A stretch of 64,000 bases of DNA, taken from assembly GCF_036321535.1 (NCBI RefSeq), contig NC_087437.1, forward strand, positions 56,236,001 to 56,300,000, given 5' to 3'. Every line of letters starts with the position of its first letter. Position 1 is the first letter of the stretch. The stretch is from Camelus dromedarius. Lineage: Eukaryota. The position numbers and the translations under genes were made by a program. Positions 1 through 11,504 of this stretch are shown here, in pieces. The notes under the pieces are model-generated. The model was not told the DNA's origin. It did not search any database and worked only from the letters and a program-made list of their open reading frames with translations.

Positions 1-824
1 AAAAAAAAACCTTTTTGTCCATGGTAGGAATTTGGTTGGTATTTAGGAACTGATTGGATATTGGCAGAGGAGGGAGGGTCAGGTAACTGTGAGTTTTCCA
101 GATTGGTTGATTAAGGAGATATAATTCTATTTACCCAGAAGTTTAAGTAGAGTGAATAAGAAGACTGGGCTTTTACTCAGAGAAAAGTATAGGAAAAATA
201 GGCAAAATTCTGGCCTAGAGAAGGAGTTAACCTAACACTAGTGTTGGCACTGGAATTTGTGAAGTTAGAGTAGAAAGGGATCTGACTAAAGACACCCGTC
301 CCTGCCCTGGCACACACCGGGCTGCTGTGTTATCTGTGGTAAACTGCATTGTTAGTTCCTGGTTCTTCTCATCTTATCAACCTTGATGGCATCCAAGGAG
401 ACAGAGAGCTGGCAGGAGCTCAGAGGGGCAGGTAGGCACTCAGGACTTTGGCGTGGATGGATACTATTAGATAATGGGACTTTCATAAATTCTCTTTTTC
501 TTCTCTGTTATATCTCAACGTGGGGAATTTCTCTTCTTCTCCTCAAATCACACACTCACTGCACTTCAGGAATTTAATTTATCCTCCCTTAGTTACACAT
601 TCTCTCATTGCACTTAAGGAATTTGAGTTACTTCCTATCAGTTTTGAATCATCCCATTTGGCAGTCCTGGAATCATCTGAACATACTCTCATCTCATTGC
701 TGTGGTTTCAATCCTCTGTAAACAAGTCTAGTGTTTTTCCCAGGCTCATTCCTTCAGCTGCATCATCTTTTATTCATTTATTTTTTTAAAGGTCCCAGCT
801 CCATTTCTCTTTAGTGTAAGCAGC

Positions 825-1010
825 ATACTGCTATGGAAGAACTTTCTGGAAAGGAAAAAGGAATTCTGGTTCCAGTTTTGCCATCAATGGTTGTTCAGCT
901 TTAGGCAAGCACTTTACCTCACTCAGCTTCCAGTTACTCATTCATAAAATACAGGAAGAGGCTAAAATAAATACACCTTAGAAACTTCTTATCCGTAAAA
1001 TTCTATGACT
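825..1010. mobile_element. MIR SINE remnant
   Basis: MIR core-like text: ttctggttccagttttgcca...ttaggcaagcactttacctcactcagcttccagttactcattcataaaat. Confidence 0.6.
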
Positions 1011-1099
1011 TGTAGTTCGTCTTAGATGGCCTGAGAACCTACCCATCTGTTCTCCTTTTATGGGTCATGATTGTATATTTATTACTGTATTTATGGCAC

Positions 1100-1650
1100 T
1101 TACTCATTTATTTATGTCACTTCTATTTATTGAGTTACTAGTAACTATATGCCAGGTGCCAGCTAAATGCAAAGACCACAACAATTATGACCAGTCCTTT
1201 TAGAGCTTACAGGATAACTAGGGATAAAAATGGACATTCACAAGTATGATGAAACAGCAGAAGAGAAAAGTAGAAAGTACTAAGAGATGCAAGATAGAGG
1301 GGTGTCTCCTCGTCAGGAAAGTTTCCATTAGAAGACTTCACCCAGAGACCTAAAGGAAGAGAAAGGAAAGGAGAAAAAACTCCAGACACAGGGAACAGCA
1401 TGTTAGAATGCCTGGGGAGGGGAGAAAGAGCACAAGGATTTGAAGTAAGATCATAGAGCTGGAGAAGCTAGAATGAAGGAGAAAGAAGTATCCAGAGGTG
1501 GTTGTGTGGTCAGATTTTGTTCAGGGCATTTTGAGCTAACAAGGTTTATTCTCTCTCCTGCGGGCAAGAGAAAGCCTCTGAAAAGTTTTAAGTAGGAAAT
1601 ATGCCCTTACCAACTTACATTTTAAGAATTTCAGTCTGGATAATTTCATA
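1100..1650. mobile_element. L2 LINE 3' remnant
   Basis: tttattgagttacta...tatgccaggtgcc followed by a purine-rich tract (gtcaggaaagtttcc...gggaacagcatgt) typical of L2 ends. Confidence 0.5.
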
Positions 1651-1754
1651 ATGATAACGAAAGTAAAATCATATCTAAGTTTTATGACATGCTAACTATA
1701 GGCACAGCTATAAATTCTTTACGTAAGCTGTCCTACGTAATCCTCATGATGACT

Positions 1755-2270
1755 GTGTTAGCTTTCTGGGGCTCCTAGGACTGCTGCAACAATTTGCAGG
1801 GAACTGGGTGGCTTAGAATAACGGAAGTTTTTTGTTTTGTTTTGTTTTGTTTTGTTTTGTTTTGTTTTGTTTACAGTTCTGGAGGCCAGAAATCTGAACT
1901 CAAGATGTCTGCAATGCCATGTTCTCTCTGAAGGCTCTGGGGGAGAATTCTTCCTTGTTTCTTCTAACTTCTGGTGCTTGTCAGCAATCCCTGGCATTTC
2001 TTGACTTATGGATTCACCATTCCAATCTCTGTCTTTGTTTTTATGTGGCATTCTGCCCCAAGTCTCACATTTTCTTTCCTCTGTCTGTTCCTCTGTGTCC
2101 AAACTTCCCTCTTCTTATAAGGATTCCAGTCATTGGCTTAAGGTTCATGTTAATCCAGTCTAGCTAAATTTTAACTTGATTACATCTGTGAAGAATTTTT
2201 CCAAATGATCACATTCTAAGGTTGTAGATAGACATGAATTCTGAGGGGAGACTAACCTACCACAATAACC
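1755..2270 (-). mobile_element. MaLR LTR (MLT1B/C-like) with internal (TTTTG)n microsatellite at ~1828-1872
   Basis: Typical MLT1 strings ctgggtggctta, acagttctggaggccagaaatctgaa, ctctctgaaggctctgggggagaattcttcc. Parallels the copy at 50289-50760. Confidence 0.75.
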
Positions 2271-2824
2271 TTAAGAGGTTAACCCAAGTAGGGAGGTGAA
2301 CCGTGGCATTGTGAAGTTAAGAAATATGTCTAAGTTTACAAAACTAATATGTGGTCAAGGTGGGTTGGCCAGGAGACCAGTTAGGAAACCATTGTACAGC
2401 AATGATGGTGGTGGCAGTGGGGATGGAAAATGTGGCTGGTTCTGATGAATTTAGAAAGAAAAATGGATAACTTTTGTTAATAATTTTGATGTGAAGCATA
2501 AATGAGAGAGAGGAATCAAGAAAAACTTCCAGGTTTCTAACCGGAGCAACTGATGGAGGTTCTACCATTTATAGCAATAAAGAACACTGGCCAAACAGCA
2601 GCTTAGGAGAGAAAGGGGATACATTCTTGATTGTCAATGTTGAGTTTGGGGCACCCAGTGGAACATCTAATTGGAAATGGATAGGATAGTGTAGCACTCA
2701 AAAGAAAGGTTTGGGCTGGACCATCAGAAAACTGAATTAGGAATTCATAATTTATTTATGAATGCCTACTACGGACATAGCTATAAAAAGAGAGGCAAAT
2801 TTCCTGCTCCCATAATAAATGCCA

Positions 2825-4150
2825 TTTTTTAAGTTGAAGTATAGTTGATTTATAATATTATGTTAGTTTCAGGTATACAGCATTGTGATTCAGTACTTCC
2901 GAAGACTATTCTCCATTATAGGTTATTACAAGGTAATGAGTGTAATTTCCTGTGCTATACAATATATGCTCATTGCTTATCTATTTTATATGTAGTAATT
3001 TGTATACACTAATCCCATACACCTAATTTGTCTCTCCTCCCTTTTCCCCTCCCCTTTGGTAACCACAGTGTTGTTTTCCATACAGTACTGGGTCTCTTTC
3101 TGTTTTGCGTATTCATTTTTTTAGATTCCACACATATGGTATCATATAGTATTTGTCTTGTCTGACTTATTTTACTAAGCATAATATTCTCTAGGTCCAT
3201 CCATGTTGCTGTAAATGGCAGTATTCCATTCATTTTTATGAAAGAGTAATATTTCATTGTATGTATGTATATATATCACATATTCTTAATCCGATCTTAA
3301 TCCAATTGTCTGTTAAAGGTACTTGGGCTATCATATGTCTTGGCTATTGTAAATAGTGCGGCTATGAACATTTGAGTACATGTTGCTTTTCGAATTAGTG
3401 TTCTTATTTTTTCCTACATAAATACCCAGGAGTGGAATTACTAGATCATCCGGTAGTTCTATTTTTAGTTTTTTTAGGAACCTCCATACTGTTTTATATA
3501 GTGGCTGCACAAATTTACATTCCCACCAACAGTGTACAAGGGTTCCCTTTTTCCCACATCCTTTCCAACATTTGTTATTTGTAGATTTTTGGATGATACT
3601 CATTCTGACTGGTGTGTGGTGATACCTCGTGTTTTTGATTTGCATTTCCTAATAGTGATGTTGAACATCTTTTCATCTTAGTCATCCATGTGTCTTCTTT
3701 GGAAAAATGTCTGTTCAAGTTTTCTGCCCATTTTTTTAATTGGATTCTGTTTCTTTAATATCAAGTTGTATATGAGCTGCTTGTATATTTTGGATATTAA
3801 CTCCTTGTCAGTTTCATCATTTGCAAACATTTTCTCACATTCCATGGGTTGTCTTTTAGTTTTGTTGATGGTTTCCTTTGCTGTGCAAAAGCTTTTAGGT
3901 CCCATTTGTTTATTTTTGCTTTTATTTATTTTACTTTAGGAGCTTGATCTAAGAAAATATTGCTATAATTTATGTTAAAGAGTGTTTTGTCTCTGTTCTT
4001 TTCTGGGAGTTTTATAGTTTTAGGTCTTTAAATCATTTTGAGTTTATTTTTATATATGATGTAAGGGAGTATTCTAATCTAATTGTTTTACACATTGCTG
4101 TTCAGTTTTCCCAGCATCACTTATTAAAAAGAGACTGTCTTTTCTCCGTT
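2825..4150 (-). mobile_element. 5'-truncated LINE-1 (ORF2 C-terminus plus 3' UTR), artiodactyl type
   Basis: Minus-strand ORF fragments with L1 ORF2 motifs ([20 protein letters not shown]...[37 protein letters not shown]). T-rich tail at the left end; frameshifted. Confidence 0.92.
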
Positions 4151-4530
4151 ATACTAAAAATCCTGTTCTTAATAGGGGACATAGATGCTAAACGTTAACA
4201 ATAAAAAACACAGTTTTAAATAGAGAAGAGTTCTATGTAGGCAATAAAACTTGGTGGATGTGACTATGAATGATTGGTAGAGAGTACCTTCTTCAGTTTG
4301 GATGGTGTGAGGGTTTCTCCGACGGGATGGCATTTGAACTGAGACCTGCCTGATATGAGGAGCTGGCTTCATGGAGCTCAGTGCACAAAAGCCCAGAGGC
4401 AGAAATGCCCTGGTACTTAGTGAGGAACAGAAAAAAGGGCCAGTGTAGATGGACATAGGGAACCTAGGGGAGGGGGCGGGTAGTAAAGCATGAGGCTGAG
4501 ATTCCAACGTCCGTCCGTAGGAAGCCTTGA

Positions 4531-4533
<3 letters not shown>

Positions 4534-4580
<47 letters not shown>
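4534..4580. repeat. (TG)n microsatellite, about 23 units
   Basis: Perfect TG run. Confidence 0.95.
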
Positions 4581-4581
<1 letters not shown>

Positions 4582-7500
4582 TGTCTTTGGAAGTTACATA
4601 ATCTGATTTTTTTTACTTATTTTTAAGTGAAGAATATTAAGTGCATTAACAGGTCCAGGGCTGAGGCCCATCTGTTGCTAAGGGAAAATAGGTGTAAAAT
4701 AAATTGAAGTTGAAATAATAACCAAGAAAAACACTATATGTACAATTAATGCAAATATAAGTATTCAAAGAAATCACATAGACCTAAGGTTATTCACCCA
4801 TTAGCCATCCAAAGTGAAAGGTGGTGTTTGATCCCAGGGTGAAGTAACCTGGCCTTGGTATTTTCAGGGGCACTGGGGACTAAGTTTTCTTTTGATTATG
4901 GAAAAACCGTGAGAGTGTTCAGGTTAAACCAGGCCAACATCTCCCAGTATAAATCAGAATGTCAGAGAGAGGTCTAGCAAGGGCAGCAAAATGTTTTTCC
5001 TGGCTTAAATTATCCCAGTAATTACATACATCCTACATTTTGCTTAGGTTGAGGGCACACAGGTAATTAATGGTCTTAATTTGAAAGTGATTTCAATTTG
5101 GATCATGCTTTACTCAACATTATTTGACTGAAACTGAAACTGGAGGGCAACTGGAGGAGTGAGTTTGTTTGAAAGAAAAGGAAAATAACTTAATAAAACT
5201 TAAAAGGGGAAGGGAGTTCAAGATTGTATCTTTCTAATGTCAAACATAATTCAAATTTTTTGAAGGATTATGGAGGCAATTTACCTTTTTTTCCTCAATA
5301 TTATGCATAACACATAAATCCTCAATAAATATGTTGTGTTTAATTATACTGGAATATTTCAGAAGCTAGATACAGGATTGGAATCATCTTTATGAAGATC
5401 TGCCCTACAGATCTAAATAAAAAGATGAAAGTAGAAGGTTGAACAAGATGATCATCCAAGGTCATTTCCAGCTTTAGGAATATTTATGACACTATTTTGG
5501 AATGTTTAACCCAGCTGTAAATTCCACTTTCTGTAGCAAAGTGCTGTTTGAATTACGTATTTCAGACAGAGCTAATCAGGTTAACTTCTAATCATGTAAT
5601 TAGAAATCAAATTAGCTATGGTTGGGGGAAGTTGCACAGAAAACTGCTGGTATTTGAATGTGATGGCTTTCTTTCTTTCTTTTCTCCCTGTGGCTCATTA
5701 GTGTAAACTAAAGCTATAATTCTAGGACATCAAAAGGACCTTGAAATGTTATTGTTTCTTTTAGAAGAGTTTGGGACCCCCCAGTGAGCATCTTTTAGCA
5801 TTTATTAGGGCTTTCTTGCTTTCCTCATAGTAACTCCTCCCAGCCAATGAGAACATCACTGGCTTTAAGCAGCCATGATTGTGCTAAATTATTTCATAGT
5901 TTTCTTTCCTCTATTTTCTATCCTTCATTCTGTCAGTCAGAAACAGGTGTCAGACAGACCTAAATGTGACACCAGCTCAGTATACAGAAGTTGTGTGTTC
6001 TTGGGAAAGGACCTTGACCCCAACTTAATCTTAATTTCCCCTCAATTCCTAATAAACTACTAAGCCCGTAGTAAATGTTAAATAATATTTGTTGAATAAA
6101 TGATTTTGTGAAATGGAATCAGCATAGTCCCAGCTCAAGTAGGACCTCTTTGGGGATCCTTTTTAGACGACTATCATCTTTGGTACATCTAAAATTTGTC
6201 ATTTGTCTTATCTTTGTACATTAAGGTATTTCACACATACCTTTGGTACAGCGTTCATATCACAGTATTATAGTTCGTTTCTATTGCATTTGTTGATAAA
6301 TTGTGAATGTCTTGAGGCCAAGAACTTCATTTAATCGATATCTCATTTCTCTTTGTGGTGGGCATCCTTCTCTCTGATAATAGCACATCCTTTTTCTTGA
6401 GAAACTATTCTTTATGTGTTTTTTGTTGACCATCACCATCTTTTTTGTCCCCATGATGGCAAGACGGGTGAATAAATCATCACAGACTGGGATGGCACAT
6501 GACCTAAACTGGCCAATACAAGCCCTTTCTACTTTCTAAAAAATGATGCCTATAGGGAAGAATTTTGTCCTCTTTTGTTATAAGGTTGTAGATAATGTAA
6601 GCCTAGAACTGCCTGAAACCCTGAGTCAGATCTTATGGAGTTTTTGTCATTAGAGAGTAAAGCCAATAGATAGGAGATGTAGAGAGATGAGACGGGGAAT
6701 CCTAAAGGGCTTAGTATCTTGTATTTGAATATTCCCAAGACTAGATCTATCCTTGCCTTTTGTAATTCCCTGCCTTTCCATGTCAGCTCATAAAATCTCT
6801 TTTGTTCAGGGTAACTGGGTTTCTGTATATTTACTGAGTTCTTCTTAACACTTCTAGAGCACTTAACAAGTGGGCTGGCTCACAGATCGTGTTCACAGTA
6901 GTTGTTCAATAGATAAACATTATTCTAAAGATTTTTCTTGTTGGGGCGGGGCACTGTTATATTTACCTGAAGAAAATAAACTAAAAGAATCTCAAACATA
7001 TATAAAATATTACAAAGTTATTGTTAGAACTCCCTTGTGTGGGCCTGACTCTTACACACAACAAATCCTCCTAGTAATCTGGCCTCTGTTTCTCACACCA
7101 TCATTACACACTTTCAGAGATAATTAAATGTCTATGATGAGTAGGGATTACTGTGGCTAGACTTAGACTCATTTGCTTTTGACTTGTTGACAACTTTAAC
7201 TTTGTTGTTTTCCTATTTTCATTTCTACCCACGTATTGATTTCTGTGATCTTTCTTTACACCACTTCAGCCGAATTCTTAAACAGTTTACTGACTTGTCG
7301 AAAATCCCCAAGTCCTACTCCTTTCTCTTTAAATTTTTGATTTGGGACTACAAGGACAATGTGCTGTGCACTTCTGTTTATTTATTGCTTTTTGAAAACT
7401 TTCTAGTAAGAACTAATTGAGAAATAATTTTTTTAAAAAGCTTCATCTTTTCTCTAGGAAGATTTAAAAGTAATGAGAATTTAAAAGAAAACATCACGTC

Positions 7501-8454
7501 TCAGATTATTAGAAACGTGTAATTTATGGGCTTTGAATATCACTCTCTAGTAATTCTAATAATAAACATTAAGGTTGCTATGATTTTTTATAAGTTTCCT
7601 CATAATCCTGTGAAAACCAATATAGGGCATTTTAATGGAGTTTTCACATTCACGGACATCCCAGTGGCATGCTCATAGTCAATGCCAGGAGGTGGCTCAT
7701 GTAGAAAGAAAACTGCAATATAGTTAATTATTACTGGAGCTGAGGTATGCAAACAAAAAGAATGAAGCTGTATCCAGGTCCATAATTAGATTTTTAACTT
7801 GTGGATTTTTTTTAACTTTTCTATTTGACAGACATCTGAAGTCTTCCATTTTTACCTTTCAGGATATTTCACATGGAGATCTTAAGTCATTAAAAATTGA
7901 ACTGAGCCTAAAAGAAGTCAAGAGGTAAACCAAAATGATTTCTGCAGAAAATAGTAAAAACCGTCATCTTGATAGATTAGGCATTTGAAATCTTTTTTCT
8001 TTTCAGGTTCTTACATCAAACAAGTGTGAACACTAATTAATAACTACATCTTTAGGTTATTTTTATAAGTGCATTTTATGAGATTAATAGACAAGCTTGA
8101 GTATATTTCTTTTTTTTCCAGATTGTTCTGCTTTAATGGCTGATAAAATACTGCTATAGTAAGCATAATATGATCATAGAGTATCATAATTTTCAAAGTT
8201 AAATTTTTTTTTGTAACAATGTTTGTATACATGAAACATAGATACATCATGTCTGGATGAATCTGTAGATTTTCAGACTAATGGAAAGTTTTTAATCTGC
8301 CAGGCACAAATAATACCGTAGTAAATTACCTATCTGTGGTAAACCAAAGACATGTTTATCTGTAATGATTATATAATCCTCCCCCAGTCTCATCTAAAAC
8401 CGAACGTTATTCATATTCAAACATACAAAATAATTAACTTTGCAACAAAACTAG

Positions 8455-8670
8455 CATTACAGATACTAACTACTGTATAGAAAATACATCAACAACAACG
8501 TCCTATTGTATAGCACAGGGAACTATATTTAATACCTTGTAATAGCCTGTAATGAAGGAAAATGAAAAAAAAAGTTCAACTGAATCATTATGCTGTAAAC
8601 CAGAAATTAACACAACATTGTAAATCAACTCTATCTCACTAAAAAGTTAAAAAATTAAATAAATAAAACA
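8455..8670 (+). mobile_element. Short L1 3'-end fragment
   Basis: cagatactaactactgtat...tgtatagcacagggaactatatt...gctgtaaaccagaaattaacacaacattgtaaatcaact followed by an A-rich tail. Confidence 0.8.
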
Positions 8671-9733
8671 TAAGAGCAGTAGAGATATTGAGATAGCTCG
8701 TATTTTGAAGAAAATATTTATCTTTTTCTCATACCATAAAGTCTTGCTGAAATAAATATTCAGTGTTACAAAAGAAAGCAAGAATTATCATTACAAGTTT
8801 GAATCATGTATATAATTTTGAATTTTGATGATTACAGATATCACTCATAATTTAGGTTTAAAATATTTTATTTGATTATTAAGCATGTTATACAATATTG
8901 TATTTAAATTTAGAAGTTACCCTTTGTGAATTAATAAATAAGGATATTAGTATAGTAGGTATATGATTCTCTATCCTCTATTATACAGTCTTTCATTTTA
9001 TATTCTCAAAAGATAAAAATTTTAAAAAAAGATAAAAATTAATACTGCATATTATGAAAATGCTTTCTGATTATTACCCAATATATACAAAATTCTTTTC
9101 AGTATACCCACTTGAAAGGAATTCAATTTAATCATAATCCTTTTTTTTTTTGACTTAAGGAGTTGCCTGCATTTTTACAGAAGATGTTCATATGGCATGA
9201 CTATCCTATGGAGTGTGTCCTAATCCTAAATTTGGCAGAATTCTGGAGATGTGCTTCTAAAATGTGAAATTTCTCCAAGACTATGTAACTAGTAAACAAC
9301 AGAGCTAGCATTAGAACCAAGATAACCTTAGCTCTACTTACTCATTAAGGCATACTCTTCTCTGAGAACTTTGAATTTTGTCTCTGAAAAATTTCTCACA
9401 TTCTTTGTCTCCTCTTTATCCTTACAGCCAACATTGGTTCAGATGCTCTCTATCTTTAAAAAAAAAAATTATTGAGGTAAAATACATGTAAGAAAATTTG
9501 CCACCTTAACTGTTTTTAAGTATACAGTGCAATGGTAATAAATAAATTCACAATGTTTTGTAATTATGACCACCATCCAACTCCATAACTCTTTTCACCT
9601 TGTAAAATTGAAACTTTGTACCCATTAAACAATAACTCTCCATTTTCCCCTCCCTCCAGCCTCTAGCATCTGCCATTCCCCTTTCTGTCTCTGTGATTTT
9701 GATTACTCTGAATACCTCATGTAAGTGGAATCA

Positions 9734-10690
9734 TGTATACAACAAATATTCTAAGATCCTATTACAGTGTTGGGAGTGGGGTTCGCCTACATATCCAGTG
9801 AGGAATTTTCTGTGACTCTAGCTGGATGTACTACAATTTAACTCAATTCTGACACTATCTACTTGGAGACAGTGTCAGATCCCACAGGCTTAGTCCCACA
9901 AGACTGCCCTTCCGCCACCAGAAACACCAGAAGCACAGGTAATCACTTGTACTTCTGACCAACCAGCTATAGATCAGAGGTTCCAACTACCCCTTTTTTG
10001 GGTTCAATTCATTTGCTAGAGCAGCTCACAAAACCCAGGGAAACACTTAGGCTTACCAGTTTATTAAAGGATATGATACAGGAAAGAGTCAGGTGAAGAG
10101 ATACCTTAGAGCAAGTTCTGGGATGGTCTCAAGTGCTGGAACTTCTATCCCTGTGGAGCGAGGATGCATCACCCTCCCGCTGTGGCTACGTTTGCACACC
10201 TGGAAGCTCCCTGAACCCTATACTATTAGAATTTTATGGAGGTTTCCTCATATAGATATGATCAAACATTAATGCTATTTCCAGTCCCTCTCCCTTCTCT
10301 GTAGGATGGGGTTGGGTGGAGGTGAAAATTCCAAGCTTCTAATCATGGCTTGGTGTTTCTGGTGACAACCCCATCCGGGAGTCACCCAGGAGCCCACCTA
10401 AGTCATCTCATTAGATCAAAAAGTACTCCTAGTGCTTTTATCACTTAGAGATTTACAAGGGTTTCTGAAGCCCCCTGGGAGGGACGGGATCAAAGACAAA
10501 TCTTAGAACAAGAATGCTCCTAGTACTTCCATCATTTAGGAAATTACAAGGGTTTTAGGAGCCCTATGCCAGGAACCGGGCCAAAGACATATGTAGACTT
10601 CTCTTTATATATATATATATATATATACACATATATATACACACAAACACACACATTCATACACATGTCTCTTTTTTCTCTATTATCTCA
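9734..10690. mobile_element. Solo ERV LTR (MER21-like) nested inside L1
   Basis: TG...CA termini. The L1 text gtggaatca|atacagtatttgtc is split at these points. Contains MER21-like strings caattctgacactatctac, cagatcccacagg, acttctgaccaaccagctat, atttgctagagcagctcaca. Confidence 0.7.
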
Positions 10691-11120
10691 AATACAGTAT
10701 TTGTCTTTTTTGACTGACTTGTTTCACTTAGCATAATGTTCTTAAGGTTCATCCATGTTGTAGTATATGTCAAAATTTACTTCCTTTTTAAGGCTGAATA
10801 ATGCTCCATTGTGTGTATGTACTATATATACTTACCCATTTATCTTTTGATGGGCACTTGGATTGCTTCCATGTTTAGCTATTGTGAATAGTGCTGTTAT
10901 GAACATGGATGTACAAATATTCTTCAAGACCTTGTTTTTAATACTTTGGGGTGTATATCCAGAGTTGAATGCTGTATTATATTATAATTCTACTTTAAAT
11001 TTTTTGAGGAACTTCCATACTGTTTTCCATAGTGGCTGTACCATTTTACATCCCTAACAGTAGTGCACTAAGGCTACAGAAACCCTAGTTCCAGTTTCTC
11101 TACATCCTGGCCAACACCTG

Positions 11121-11213
11121 TTTTCTTCCTTTCTTCCTTTCTTCCTTCCTTTCTTCCTTTCTTCCTTCCTTTCTTCCTTCCTTTCTTCCTTTCTTTTCTT
11201 CCTTCCTTCCTTC

Positions 11214-11296
<83 letters not shown>
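11121..11296. repeat. Compound polypyrimidine microsatellite (TTCC/TTTCTTCC)n-(TTTC)n
   Basis: About 175 nt of pure C/T inside the L1. Confidence 0.95.
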
Positions 11297-11475
11297 ATAG
11301 TAGCTATTTAAATGGTTATGAGGTAGTATCTCACTGTAGTTTTGATCTGCATCTCCCTAATTGTTAGTGACATTGATCATATTTTCATGTGCTTATTGAC
11401 TATTTGTATATCTTTTTTGGAGAAGTGTCTATTCAAGTTCTTTGCCCATTTTTGAACTGGGTTATTTGTGGGTAC

Positions 11476-11504
11476 TGTTGTTGTTGTTGTTGTTGTTGTT
11501 GTTG
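11476..11504. repeat. (TTG)n microsatellite
   Basis: Perfect TTG run; explains the poly-Cys in ORF 11389..11712. Confidence 0.9.

Noticed and set aside
3009..3905. Three minus-strand ORFs of 75-104 aa
   Set aside because: Frameshifted L1 ORF2 C-terminal remnants, not host genes.
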